In this document: positions 22,117 to 34,628 of the stretch, piece by piece
How positions within the stretch are numbered: position 1 is the first letter of the stretch
How the letters are laid out: each line of letters starts with the position of its first letter
Origin: Gracilinanus agilis
Lineage: Eukaryota
Assembly (NCBI RefSeq): GCF_016433145.1
Contig: NC_058133.1
Coordinates: forward strand, 520,915,806-520,979,805
Direction of reading: 5' to 3'
DNA: 64,000 bases
Notes under the pieces: generated by a model
What the model was told of the DNA's origin: nothing
Seen by the model: the letters and a program-made list of their open reading frames with translations, nothing else
Database searches by the model: none
Program-made: the position numbers and the translations under genes

Positions 22117-22260
22117 CTGGAGAATGAGGCCGCTCTGCTCCTGCAGCTGCAAAGTCAGCACCTCCTCCTTTTGGCAAAGGGCCTGTGCCTTTTCTCTCTC
22201 AAGGGCCAACAGCTCCTCAGCTTCCCGTAAGGCAGCTCGCTTCTCAGTCTCCAGTTCATC
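22117..22260 (-). CDS. PCNT: Pericentrin exon (DELETEKRAALREAEE...QSGLILQ)
   Basis: 144 nt, phase 0-0, CAG|gtatgc donor. Matches human GEFGSEKKTALHEKEE...LSLQLQKKNHQVQQ. Confidence 0.93.
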
Positions 22261-22658
22261 CTGCACAAAAGGACAACAAAGGCCAGAGGCCAGATTCAGC
22301 CACAATAAGCCCCTCTTCCATCCTTCGCTGCGGCTCTCCTCTTTAGAGAGGCCCAGGGGGAAAGCAGGGCTGAGAGCTCAGGGAAGGAGAGGCAGCCCAG
22401 CAGGGTGCAGGGGCAAATCCCCCAACACTAACTCAGGTTTCTTCTTCTGGCCCACAAATCAACACCAAGGGAAGCACCTCAAAAATCAGAGACCCGTGGA
22501 AGAGATCAGAGAACCCTAGCAAGGAGCAGGGAAGTCATACAACACCACAGACAGTGTTGAAAGGAGTCCCAAGAAGTCACCCCCTTGCATTGTGGAGCTG
22601 AAGGGGAGGGAAAGGTACTGTCTGACGGCGAGTGGGCACACAGCAAAGCCTGTGCTAC

Positions 22659-22790
22659 CTTGAGCTGGGCCATTTGCTGGGCCAGCATTACTTCTGACTG
22701 CCCTTTGAGCAGCTCCATCTCCTGCTGAAAGAGCAGCTCCCGCTGCCGCTTGGCCTCTTCGCTCTGTGCAGTCACTGCTCTGGCCTCTTC
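22659..22790 (-). CDS. PCNT: Pericentrin exon (EEARAVTAQSEEAKRQRELLFQQE...MAQLK)
   Basis: ctcttgcag| acceptor, AAG|gtagca donor, 132 nt, phase 0-0. Confidence 0.87.
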
Positions 22791-23249
22791 CTGCAAGAGC
22801 ACAGGGATGGGAGAGAGAGAGAAGGCTTGTAACATGCCATCCCACCCACCCACCATTGCCTAGAGCAGCAGCAAGCAGCACCAAGATTCCCCACTTTCCT
22901 GGAGAGGCGCTTGTGAGGCCCCAAAGGAGGAAGGAAATGGCGGGGATGATCTGGGAAAGTGGGTGAGAATCCCAGCCTGACCACAAGCAAAGCCAGGAAC
23001 CCCTGGGGGCAGGCCTGGGGCCCTGGCATTCTTGAAGCTCATTTTGGTCTCCAGGGCTGAAATTTCGACCCAGCTGTTCTGTGAAGGGAAGTGATGGCTA
23101 ATAACCAAGCCAGGGCCCTGTGGAGCAATTAGAAGACAAGCAGAGAAGTTGGAACACAAGCCCTGATATCCCTTTTCAGAACCCTGCTCTAGAACGAGGC
23201 TGCTGAGCCTGGTCCGTCTTCCGAAGGGCCCTGATGACCCTGCAGCCTA

Positions 23250-23800
23250 AAATCATTGAAAATCAATGAAAAAAACCATCGAAGGCAGCCTAGCCATACC
23301 AGAGCTCCAACTGCATTTCAAGGCAGGGATCAACAAAACAATGTGCTGCTGGCTAAGAAACAGAAAGTGGATCGGGGTAGCAGACTGGGCACGAAGTACA
23401 CAAATGACCACAGTAATATAGTGCTTGTTAAGCCCAAAGATGCCAGCTTTGGGAGCAAGAACTTGACATCTACAAATACTCCCAAGACAGCCAAAAGGCT
23501 TTAGTTTGGCAGAAACTAGGTAGAGACCAGCATGTCAAGATACAGCCAAAATGAGTACGTGATTTAGACGTAAAGGGTGATGCCATAAACAAATTCGGGG
23601 AAGTGGGGGGGGCACAAAAGAAAAATTTACCTGCCACGTCTATGGATAAGGGAAGAGTTTGTGACCAAATAAGAGAGATCAAGAATGGCAGGAAGTAGGA
23701 CGGATACTTCTGATTACCTCAAATTAAAAAGGCTTTGCACAAACCAACTAATGCAGTCAAAATTAGAAGGAAAACAGGAAACGAAAAGGCAATTGGAGTT
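23250..23800 (+). mobile_element. Old L1 ORF2 fragment
   Basis: WLRNRK..DR, DYLKLKRLCT resemble marsupial L1 ORF2 (DYIKLKSFCT). Confidence 0.7.
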
Positions 23801-25877
23801 GCGAGATGGGAAGTTGGCAGAGTTGGAGACAGGCAACACCACAGAGACAGCCATTCAATTCATGGGAATTGAAAAGAGGGAGGAGAAGAGAGGACCCAGG
23901 ACAGAATCTGAGGGACCCCCATGGGTAGAGGGTGAGACCTGGAGGAGAAGCCAGTCAAGGAGACAGGACAGTCAGAGAGGGAGGAGGAGACCTGGGGAAG
24001 AGGGCTGTCCCAAAACCTTGAGGGAAGAGGGCCCCAAAGAGGAGGAGTGACTGCAGAGATGTACGAGAGAAGGAGGACTCAGACAAGGTCACTGGATTTG
24101 GCAACAAAGAGACCACTTTTGGCTACTTTGGGAGAGGCAGGTTCAGAAGAAAGAAGAGTCAGAATGATAAGTACAGAAGGCTGTAAGGGCTTCAGAACAG
24201 ACCAAGAGGGTAGAGGCCCCCCAGTAGAGCCTGAGGAGTTAGGTACAGAGGGCAGAAGTAACAGAGGAGCATGGTGGCCAGGGACGAATTCAAGGGCTGA
24301 GTAAGGCTCTCTTGGGGATGGGGAAAGACCAGACATAAGAGAAAGAGGGAAGGTACCAGAGGAAAGGGAAGGCAGAGTAGACCAACTCCTCTTCCTGCCC
24401 CAGAGCTCCAAGGACATGGCCCTGGAAGGAAACAGGTCACACGTAGTATCCGTACTCTACAGACAAGCAGAATTCCATGAGCAAAAACCATAACAAGATG
24501 GATGCAGAAACCTGGGGATGAAAGAGCTGACCTTACCTCATTCTCTCCAGGCCCACAGAGATTCGCAGGGGGCTTCGGGAGCCACGACTACTGCAACAAG
24601 GGAACATGCAGTCTGGGCTCAAAGAAGGATGGGAAGATGGAGAGTGGCTGGCCAAAACAGACAAGCCGTCAGCACGCTAGGGGCTGCCCCAGTGTCAGTG
24701 GAAAGAACAAACCCCCCAGGTCAAGTCTGGATACAGAAAAGAGATGAGAAAATGCCCATCCTTTGTCCAGAGCAAGGGACAGAGAGAGTACAGGCACTGA
24801 TCGCCACTGCAGCCCCCATCAGACTCACTCCTAGGCTGGTTCTCTTTGCCAAGTGGCTTTTCTCCCTTTGGAGTCTGGTGTCAGGGACAGCTGGCTCCTT
24901 CATGAGGAGGGAGGGAGAATTCTTCTTTATAAAACGACAGTCACAGAAAAGCCAGAGAGAGCAATGCAAATTTCAGGAAGAAAAAGAAAGGATTCTTGCC
25001 AACTACGTCCTCCATAAAATGAGCTAAAATCAGAAGAAAAGGCCAAGAGGCCAAGAAGACCTCTTTCTTAACCTGCCAACTCTCTAAATGGTCCCCAGCA
25101 GAAATGAACCAAAATGATCTGGTCCCAGATATCCTAAAAAACAAAAGATTGGTCAATGGGAGACTTGAAAATTCAGAATTAGAGCAGGAGTGTAAGTCAG
25201 TGTTTGAAAAAGGCAAAACCATAAAACAGAAGAGAAAGGCATCGCCAGGAAAGAAAGATGGCTGGCCCAGCTGGGCCACCAAAGGACCGAAAACCTATCT
25301 GGGCCTGCACCCTCCACAAGGTTGGGCACTAAATGCTCAAGAAATAAAGGATCTAAAGGGAACAGCAAAGAGTCAGTGGATGAAGGCACCGTGGTTTACA
25401 AAATCATGAAGCTGAAAAACCCTCAAAAGACCCAGTAGCCAATTTCGTCACTTTTACACAGAAGAGGCGAGGCGGCTGTGAAAAGTAGAGCCAAAAAGGC
25501 AGGCGACAAAGAACACAGTCCAAGTTGTCTTCATCAACTCAAAGAAGGGAATCATTGGTCCAACAAGACTATGGAGAGGAGAGGGGCTTGGGAAATAGTT
25601 GAGGGCCCAGGGACACAAGGGTCATTGTGATGGGGCCTCCAGAGGCCACGCTGCTGGGCATTCTGCCTCTAATGCTTACCCATGACCACAATGACCATGG
25701 GCTGGCCTCAGGTTTCCTTGCCCTCATCCCCAGAGTTCCTCTATGTGATTCTGGGCAAGACTGACCCGATTTCACAGCCCATAAGATATCCAGATGAACA
25801 AGACCGCTCACACTTTAAACTGAAGTTTAAAGAAGGAGCCAAAGGCTTGCTTTCTTAGCCCATCCCACAAGGCTCAC

Positions 25878-26066
25878 CTCCCGATCCCGCTCATGCTGGG
25901 CTCTCAGGCTGCCCAGTTCTGCTGTGTGGATGTCCTTGAGTTCCCCCAGGGCTCTGCGGTGCTGCTCCTCCATCCCGACCACTTCTTCCCTCAGTCTGTC
26001 CAAAGCTTTGTGGTGGTCTACCTCCAGCAAAGCCCTCTGCCTGTGAAGGGCCGCCTGCAAGTCCTC
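25878..26066 (-). CDS. PCNT: Pericentrin exon (EDLQAALHRQRALLEVDH...AQHERDRE)
   Basis: ttcctcttctag| acceptor, GAG|gtgagc donor, 189 nt, phase 0-0, coiled coil. Confidence 0.88.
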
Positions 26067-26904
26067 CTAGAAGAGGAACCATTGGGAAGAGAGCCTCAGC
26101 GACTGAGAACCGAAGCTGGCCCTCCAAGAGGAAAGAAGAAAGTGCTCACACTCTGAGATCGAATGTTCTTAAAAAGAAAAACGTCCTTTTTCAGGAGAGG
26201 AAACGCATGGAGCTTTTCGAGCTCATTCCATCCCTCACATGGCCTCTCCTTCCACCCCAAATAAGGCCTTCCTCCAAACTGGAGGCCAATTTCATGGGAA
26301 CCTGACTACGTGAGAGGGGCAGCAGAGGGGCGACTGCTTCACTTCCCTCATCTCTGTGGCATCGCTCAGCGACCCCACAAAATACGTTCTCTTCGCTAAG
26401 AAGCTGGGCCGTCTGGGCCCCGGGTCCTCATTCCAGTCAGGTGCTCTTGGAAGCCCTGGTAGGAAAAGGGATGCAGTCAGAGCATCTCCCCAGAGTCTGT
26501 AGTCAAGGAGAGGAAAACTCAAAAGCATCTGTGGGGGAATTCATCCTAGCAACAAGCTACCAGTCGGCCCTGGGGGCTGGCCAATTCAATGAGAACGCAA
26601 GCTTCCTTATCGATTAGCTCTCTTAGACAACGGAAAAGAAAACCACCCGATTCCCCAATATTGCTGAATACTGTTCCAGAGGAGAGCTTGGGCAACTCTA
26701 TCTAAAAGCAGTCACGTCCTTTGCAAAAGGTTCTCCTGTGTGTGTGAATCATCAGCTGAACCAGAGTAGGAGACACGGAAGTGAGGAGGAAAGGAAGTCT
26801 AGTCTACTTCTTTCGGATTGTTCATTTTAAATCCTCACCTTCCACCTTAGAGTTGATACTACGTTTGGGTTCCCAGGCAAAAGAGCAGTCAGGGCTAGAC
26901 AGTG

Positions 26905-27020
26905 GGAGTTAAGGGACTGCACAGGGTCACACGGCTAGGAAGTGTCAGAGGCCACATTTGAACCCAAGACCTCTCATCTCTAGGTGTGGCTCTCCACTGA
27001 GTGAGCCACCCAGCTGCCCC
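26905..27020 (-). mobile_element. Older CORE-SINE
   Basis: cagggtcacacggctaggaagtgtcagaggccacatttgaaccc...cagctgcccc. Confidence 0.7.
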
Positions 27021-27504
27021 GTTAGTCTTTTTCTAAATGGGGAACAAAGCATGGTTCCATTCCGAGTTTCAGAAGTGAAAAAGGAAAAGGGGGAGATCAT
27101 CGTTTTCCTCCTCCCACCAGCATAATGCCTGGGTCACCCAGAAGCACCATTTTTCATGTGCAGACAAGCCTTCTTGGGTGGACTTGGGCATGAGCGCTAC
27201 AAGCCGGGGCAGTTTAGACTTCCAACCTCTCTCCAAAGAACAGGCTGCTTTGAAAACTCGAGCCCACTCGGGCCCCTTGTTTTCTCACTGGCCCAGCCTG
27301 GGTCACAATGTGGCCCAATTCCCTCCCACCTCCCTTACAATAAGCAGCTTAGAACAAGCCAGGCCAGGTTCCCAGAATGAAGGGGCAGCCTGAGCTCTAC
27401 CTCTCACAACAAGCTCAACGTGCAGGCCGGCCAGAGCCGCCCAGGTGGGCTGAGATGGAGCTTGGCAGTGCCCGCCGGCAGGTGCCCTCCCAGCAAGCAC
27501 TCAC

Positions 27505-28192
27505 CTGATGGGCATCTTGCAGCTGGGCAGTCAGAGCTTTTAGTTTCTCAATGTGTCCAGCGGTCATTTCAATCTTGAGGCTCTCTTGGGCCTGCTGTAG
27601 CTCCTGCTGGTGCTTCTCTGCCTCCTGAGCCAACAGCTCCTTGTACTCAGTGTCCTTCTCCCTCAGCTGCTCCTCAAGCCTCCCCTGCAGTTGTTCCAAC
27701 TCACGGCTGTGTTCCTCCTGGATGGTCTGAATCTCAGACAGGTAACAGGACTCCAGAGAATCCAGATTTGACAAGTGCTTGGCCTCCAGTCCACTTGTTT
27801 CTGAAGCATGCTGGGCCTGCAGCTCAGCCTCTCGGGCTTCCACTTGGGCCCGGTGTTGGGCCTGCAGCTCAGCCACATGGGTTTCCAGCTGGGCCTGCAG
27901 CTCGGCCTCACGGGCTTCCAACTGGGCCCGGTGCTGGGCCTGCAGCTCAGCCTCATGGGCTTCTAGCTGGGCCTGGTGCTGGTTCTGTAAGGAAGCTCGA
28001 AGGGCATCCATCTCCTCACTTTGCTGGCTCTGCAGCTCAGCGGTCAGGGCCTCGGTCTGCTGTCTGTGCTTCTCCTGAAGCTGCTGACTCTGTATCTGGA
28101 GTTCACTGGCATGTTTGTCCTGCAGCTCCTGGAGGAGAGCATCTTGTCTTTCGGTGGCTTTCTGCATCATCTCTTTCTGCTCTTCCAAGAAT
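27505..28192 (-). CDS. PCNT: Pericentrin exon (FLEEQKEMMQK...HLSNLDSLESCYLSEIQTIQEEH...QDAHQ) with an internal repeat
   Basis: 688 nt, phase 2-0, CAG|gtgagt donor. Matches human HLSSLDSLESCYLSEFQTIREEH. Confidence 0.96.
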
Positions 28193-28489
28193 CTACATCA
28201 GGTTAAAAAGACACATTATCTGGTGCAAAATGGCTGCCCTAAATCACCCAGAATGCTGTCACCTCCTTGTCAGAGGACTCCTAGCTTAGGTACAAGGCCG
28301 GGTCGGGGCCTGTTTCAGTCCTGTGCTCAGATTCGCACCCAGGGCACTAGGCCTTGACCTGAGGGCTTCTGGACTCCAGGCCTGACTTCACTGGACCCAT
28401 ATCCTCCTTACGCCCAAGAGCTCTCCAATCTCCAAGCTCTAGAGTGCCCTCTCCATACTAACCTCGTTTTGTGACACCTTTAAAGACTC

Positions 28490-28620
28490 CCAGGTGGCCT
28501 CAGACCCTTCCTAGCTGTGTGACCCTGGGTGAGTCACTTGGCCCCCACTGCCTAGCCCTTAGCACCTTTCTACCTTGGAGCCAATACCCAGTACTGGTTC
28601 AAAGTCAGAGGAAGCATGGG
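28490..28620 (+). mobile_element. 5'-truncated SINE
   Basis: ttcctagctgtgtgaccctgggtgagtcactt...ggagccaatac. Confidence 0.75.
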
Positions 28621-29107
28621 TTAAATAAAAGAGAAATAAATCAATAAAACAAAGATGCTATTGGAATAGGATTTGGGCCATAATCTAAAAAGGGCATCAC
28701 AGAGGAAACGGCTCTAAGGCAGGGATTTGGAAAAGGTCTCTGAGGAGCCAAGAGAGGCCGCCCCAAGTTTCCAGACAATCCTGGCCCACTCTGCTGTTGG
28801 GGGAGGGAGCCTACTACACCCTGGACACTGGCCAGCACTTTACGAATGCTCTTTCATTTGACTCTCCCAACAACCTCACATGTACACTCTTGGACAACCA
28901 AGGACATAGGTGTTGGAGGCCGAACTCGAACCCAGGTCTTCTCGATTCCAGGCCCAGTACTCCCTAGCCAGAATTAGTGGGAGTGGGCCTATGGAACCCA
29001 GGGCAGGGACAAGCACATTAGGACTGGTTGAAAAGATGCCCAGAAAAGGGACAGAACTTCCATTGGTGATAAATGCCAAAATGGAGCTTGCTGAGCCCCA
29101 GTCCTGG

Positions 29108-29109
<2 letters not shown>

Positions 29110-29142
<33 letters not shown>
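29110..29142. repeat. (CA)n microsatellite
   Basis: Read directly. Confidence 0.95.
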
Positions 29143-29147
<5 letters not shown>

Positions 29148-29907
29148 GAGGAAGAGAGGGCACCTGCCTTCTACGCTGACCCACACTGACAACACCCCCC
29201 CCCCCCCGATGCCCCAAGCACTGGTGTTAGAAGCCTCTGATGTGTTTCTATTTTCCCAACTCAGTTAGAAGAAAAGTCATTTGGGCATTTAAGAGGGCAG
29301 CTCCAGAGACCAGCTCGGTCCGAGGATGCCAGGCCCACGCGCGGGCACTGCAAACCGATTCTCAGGGCTTTGGAGTAACAGGACCAGCAGACCATCTGCG
29401 GAGCAGCCACAAAGGAAAGGCTGGCTCGGGGGGCCATCTTATGAAGAAATGTAAGAAGTGGCTGCTTTCAAGTAGAGGGTCTACTAACGGATGGTGATTC
29501 AGGGATGTCCTGCTTGCCTCCGGGGAAACTAACCCCCAAAGTCTACTGACTAAACCCAAAAGGCGCCCTTCCTCCCCGAGCCCACAGGAAAACAGGAAAG
29601 GGAACGGGAAGAGGATGGAGAAGGGCAGGGAGAGGTCCACAGAAGTCAGCTGGCGCAGACTGTCCAGACAAGGCACAGGCCAAAAGCCAAGCCGAAAGCC
29701 AAAGGCAGAGCTCCAGTTGGTCCTTCCGCTCTCTTGGAGCCTCAGAACCAGCGGCCTCCTCTCAGGACTCTAAAGCCTCTAACTGCCAGAAGTCTTCAGG
29801 GAACTTTTGCATCTTTGCATTACAGGATCTGCGGAAACAAGGGTCTGCCTCTGCAGGGACAGATCGTACCCGAGGACCCCCCCGCCCCGGGCCTCAGAGT
29901 CCCCCAC

Positions 29908-30254
29908 CTGGCCCGGCTCGCCTGCAGCTCCAAGGCACATTCCTCCCGAAGCCGGCGGGTGGCCTCCTCTCGGACCCAAGCCTCCCCCAGGGACGTCTCC
30001 AGCCTCGCAATGTCCGCTGCCTGCCGATCGCGCAGCTGCTCCAGCTCCGCCACGCGAGCCTCCAGCGCCCGTCGTAGGGCCTGCCGCTCCTGCTCAGCCT
30101 TGCCGTTTAGCTCGAGGGCTAGTGCGGCCAAGCTCTCCTCGCTCTGGACCCTCCACGCGTCCTCTCTGCCCCGGTCCTTCTGGATCATTTGCCGAACCTC
30201 TTCCTTCATTCTCTCGATCTCTGTCTGGTGGTCCTCGACAAGCCTGCGTCTCAT
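29908..30254 (-). CDS. PCNT: Pericentrin exon (MRRRLVEDHQTE...EECALELQASRA)
   Basis: cctcttggcag| acceptor, AG|gtgggg donor, 347 nt, phase 0-2. Matches human VKHNLIEDHQKE...DCALQLMLARSR. Confidence 0.93.
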
Positions 30255-30410
30255 CTGCCAAGAGGAATCAGGCCCGTTGGGGAAGGGCACCCCCGGCCAG
30301 GGCCTCGCAGCTCTGGGAAGAGCGGACCACTTAGGACCATCGTCCCCAGAGGGAGGATCCATGAGAGCCCGCCGGCTCCCGCAGCCCCCCAGCCTGCCAC
30401 AGACACTCAC

Positions 30411-30646
30411 TTTCTCAGCTTCCTCCTTCAGGCAGCTCTCCTGTTGCACCTTCTCCAGCAGTTCCCTATTTTCCCTCTTTGCAAGGTCCACTTGGTCCCG
30501 AAGTTGTGAGATCAGCTCCTCCTCAGACTGAAGCTGGGCCACTCTGGCCAGGTGATCGTCTTCTAGGACCAAGACCCTCTCTGCTACCTCTGCCTCCACC
30601 TGGCGGGCAGCAAGCTGAGCACACTGCAAGTGCAGCTTGGTGATGT
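30411..30646 (-). CDS. PCNT: Pericentrin exon (DITKLHLQC...CLKEEAEK)
   Basis: ctccccgcag| acceptor, AAA|gtgagt donor, 236 nt, phase 1-0. ENRELLEKVQQESCLKEEAEK resembles human ENRNLYGKLQHETRLKDDLEK. Confidence 0.92.
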
Positions 30647-31394
30647 CTGCGGGGAGCAAAGACAGCCAGCTTGTGGCGGAGCATCCCCTGCAGCCCCCCA
30701 GCATCGCCTGGGCCCAGGAGAGGGACCTAGACAGGGTCGGGAGTTTGGTTTGTCCAGACGTCCAGCCTGTGTCCCCTCCCCATACCTTCTGGAATCCCGC
30801 TCTTCCCTCCCTTCTCCCGGGAGCCTTCCCTGAGGGCCTCAGCTACGCCCCTCATCTGTGCCTTAGGTTTCCCAGCAAGCCGAACCCCACCCCAAATGAT
30901 ACTTGTCAGGGGGCACATCACCCCAGGGGGAGCTCCAGGTAAGAGGGTCGTGCCCATTCAGTGGAAAGGCCTGAACTGGCTGGACTAGACTAGGCTGGCT
31001 TGGAGCAAAGCAGATGGACCCTGGGTCCTCTGGCCTGGACTACACCAGACGCTGGGCCTGAGGGGGCCAGGCCTTCCGGGGAGGAGTTTCTCTCCAGGAT
31101 CCCAAAGAACAGGGCCAGTGAAGGAGAGAGTGCCAACCCTCTCGGAGCAGCCTTGTGACTCGGGTAGGGACGCCTCCTCCAGGGCTTCCTCTGCCTCGTC
31201 CTTACTCCCCCCGGCTGGACCTTTAAGAAGGCGGCCAGAAGCCGGGGGGAGGCAGCGCTGTTCCCTGCCCATTACAGTCCTTCCTGCCTTCTTTGCCCAC
31301 GTGCTGACAAATCAGATGCCTGGGGCAGGCCAGCCACAGAGCTGGAGGCCAGTTGGGGGGCCGGAGCCGACAAGCCACAGCCAAGGGCCGGCAC

Positions 31395-31611
31395 CTTTCC
31401 TGTGTTCCTCGGAGAGTCCACCACGCAGCTGGTCCAGTTGTAGCTGGTGCTGTTGCTTCAAGTTCTCCACGTGGGCGGCGTGCTTCTCAGAGAGGTCTGC
31501 CTTCACTTTCCGGACCTCCTCCTCGTGATGCGCCCGCAGAGAGGCCTCTAATGTGGCCGATTCCTCCCTGTGTTTCTCTTCGAGCTGCAGCCTCAAGTGA
31601 GCAATCCCATC
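31395..31611 (-). CDS. PCNT: Pericentrin exon (DGIAHLRLQLEEKHREE...LSEEHRK)
   Basis: ctcttccag| acceptor, G|gtgccg donor, 217 nt, phase 0-1, coiled coil. Confidence 0.9.
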
Positions 31612-32959
31612 CTGGAAGAGAGAGGACAAGGGCGCTGGAGCGACAGCCTGCCACCCACGGCTCTGCCCTGCACTGATCGTGGCATGTGCTCAACAGGGCT
31701 GAGGGCCTGGGAGGGCAAAGGGGAGCCCAGGGGGTGCTGAGGGAACAAGGAGCCATCCAGGATCACGGGTACACAAAGTAGCACCAGGGGCTCCAGAAGG
31801 GCAGAGGCCTTCCCCGGGAGCTGGGGGCGGCATCACCCTATCTTACTTGAGGTGAGAGCAGAGCTCAGGACCACCCTCCTGGTACTTGGAAGGCAGCCAC
31901 GATGCTGCCTATTTCCAAGGGCCTTTCATAGGCCTGGCCTTCCCTATCCCTAGCAGGGAGAACCTCGGCCACTATCCCACGGTGCCCTCCTCGCCTCCAA
32001 ACCTGCCAAACCCTGGCTTTCTCGGCCAAGCACCCAGCTCTGTGGGAGCCTCAAAGGTTCCCAAGGTGCCTTCCACCCTGCGGCCCGGGAGAGGCACAAC
32101 CGTGGGGACCACCAGCTCTTTTAAGAAGGCCCAAATTGCAGCTTCGGGAGGTGAGCAGGAGGCCGCGCTGACACGCCTTGTCAGGGCCCCGGGCCGTGGG
32201 CATCTTCTACCTGGCCTCTTCTATTTCCCCAAGAGCCTCGGGGCCCATGTACGACATCAGCAAATGCTCCCAGCCATCAGTAATGGTAACAAGGGAGCCT
32301 TCGTAGGGCACCTCAAGGTCGGCCAAGCATCATACAAACAGGACCTTTTTTACCCCCGTGACTATGACCTTTATCCAGATGAGGAAACGCGGGCAGGAGG
32401 GGACCCAGCTGGCCAACAAATGTCTGATGTTGGCTTTGAGCCACCCAGCCTCCTGTTCACCACAGCAGCAGCTCCCCCAAAGCCCAGACCCCAGGAGCCT
32501 CCACACTGGGAGTGGCCTTCCCTTGGGAGAAGACGATGCCATCCCGCCTCCATCCACGCTAGAAGAGCGAGGAGGACTTGGCACAAGCTCTGTCCCTCAC
32601 AAGGCCCTGACAGAGCCAACAGAACCACAGCCACTGGCACACCAGAAAGACTGATGACTCAGACGGTCCAGCCAAGTGGCAAAGCACCCCTGGGCCCAGG
32701 CCTGCACTCAGCCAGCCTCCACAAGGAATATGAGGTGAGAGAAACCCCTCAGCTCCCCGATCTCAATTCCAGGAAGAGGCCTGTGGACAGGACTGGGCGG
32801 CACCTCCCCAGCCCCAAAGATGCCCTGCTCCCACAGCCTCTCAAGGACTCCACTGGCCTCTGCAAAGCTTTCAGCAGATCCCTGCCCCCCCCAGGACCTG
32901 GCCCAGAGCCCAGCCCTTGGCTTCTCCCCGTTTCAGGTACCAGCCCCTCAGCCCCTCAC

Positions 32960-33047
32960 CTTGTGCTGCTCCAGCTGAAGTATTAGCTGTTCCAGATGGG
33001 CTTTTCTCTCCATTTCGGCCTCCTCTTCCACAAAGCCAGCACACAAA
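32960..33047 (-). CDS. PCNT: Pericentrin exon (SLCAGFVEEEAEMERKAHLEQLILQLEQHK)
   Basis: ctcctgttgtag| acceptor, AAG|gtgagg donor, 88 nt, phase 2-0. Matches human LSCVGLEEKPEKGRKDH...ERHK. Confidence 0.92.
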
Positions 33048-33372
33048 CTACAACAGGAGAGAGAAGAATGAAGCAGAGAGTCCTCTGCCCCCCCCCATGG
33101 GTGGTCTCCCGGCCGGCCCCATTTGCTTGTGTGGCCTTCTCAGATGCTAGAAAAAAAACATCCTCCTGATTTCTGGGATTCTGCTTAGCTGGAGGGACTT
33201 GGCATCCTCTATGGCTCTGAGCAACATGGGATTCAGAAGAAGGCTAAGAGCCCAGAAGTCTGCCGGGGGAGCCAGGCCCAGGAGGATTGGGGCTCAGCCG
33301 TCGGGGCCCCCTCCATGGTCAGATTGCCAGCAACGGCCCCAGAGGCAGGGCACCCAGGGGGCCCCGGACTAC

Positions 33373-33616
33373 CTGATGTCTGCAGAGTCGAGGAAGGAGT
33401 CCTCACGGACCTCCCGCAGCCTCTGCTGGAGCAGGTGCAGGTCCTCACGGTAGCTCTCCTCGGCATCGCGCAGCTTCTGCTCAAAGTAGACCCGCAGCTG
33501 CTCTAGTTCGGCCTCGTGCTCACTTCGCCACTGCCGCTGCCGCTGCTCAAAGCCGTGCTTCAGGCGCTCCAACTCCTCCACATGGGACGTTCGGGCCACG
33601 AGCTGTTCCTTCAGTT
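33373..33616 (-). CDS. PCNT: Pericentrin exon (ELKEQLVARTSHVEELE...LEQLRVYFEQKLRDAEESYREDLHLLQQRL)
   Basis: 244 nt, phase 1-2. Matches human LEQLRIYFEKKLRDAEKTYQEDLTLLQQRL. Confidence 0.97.
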
Positions 33617-33917
33617 CTAGAACAGGAGGGTCCTCGGTCACACGGAAGCTGGAGCCAGTGTGCTTCAGGGCAGGGAGGATGAACATCCCACACACTGCCA
33701 CTGCTGCCAACTCAAGACACCGGCCCTCGCCCACAGCGGCAGCAGGTGCCACACCACCAGGGACACCAAGAGGGCTGGCGTGGGTGGCGTGGAGAAGGGA
33801 CCTCAAGGGGCCTGGAGCATCTGGGCGCTCCCTTCCCTGCTCAGTTAGGCTTCCTGAGCTCAAGGGAGGCTCCAGGCCTCATCTCTGCCTCTCTTTAAGA
33901 GCCCAGCTATGGGCCTC

Positions 33918-34628
33918 TGTGATAAGGAGATTAAATCTACCTTGCCCATTCTTAAATCTAATCACCAAAAGTATAAACAACTACACTTAACTCACAAGTT
34001 GGGAGCTCTGTGACCTATGTGTGCTAGAGTGACAAATCAAAAATTACAGACTGTCTCCTGGGCAGTCCTAAGAAAAGCATCTGTTGTGATTGGACACGTA
34101 AACTAGGAGGAAGGCACAGGAAGTGACGCAAAAGAAGCCCCTTTAAAAGAGAGTTCAGTGAGTTCAGCTTCCCTCTTCTGGTTCGTGTCTTGGATCTGAA
34201 GCTTCTTCTTCTTGTTTGTGGCTTGGACCTGGAGTAGCACTGGACCTGGGACCCTGAGACCTTGGTGAGACTATTCTTAAACCTTTCTCTTAGAACTACA
34301 CATGGTGAGTGAAGAAGGCTGACTACCTTAGCCTCCAGAGGGGCCCTTGCTTAAGAGAAGCCCTCGTGACTAAACCTCTTGTTAATTGACTTTTAGGCTC
34401 TCTGGCTGGGCCTCTGGAGCCCTGCTAGAGTAAAGCCCAGACTTGAATACAAATCTAGTTCGTTAAGTTAGATCTCTACCCTTTTCTTATCTCTATACTC
34501 CCACTCTCTCCTGTATTTTGTAAATAAATTACTAAAATCATTTTAAGAATTGGTATTTATTCAGTTCCTTGGCAACCACACCTTTAAATATTAATATATC
34601 CAATCAAAAACCCCTTTTCCCTCTTACA
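33918..34628 (+). mobile_element. Solo LTR (711 bp), class I-type
   Basis: TG...CA ends, 4-bp TSD CCTC (33914-33917, 34629-34632), tttaaaa TATA-like motif near 34143, AATAAA near 34523. Confidence 0.93.

Noticed and set aside
31886-32986. 366-aa plus-strand ORF
   Set aside because: GC-rich, Pro/Gly/Ala-biased, antisense within a PCNT intron, includes an MIR-like fragment, no recognisable domain.
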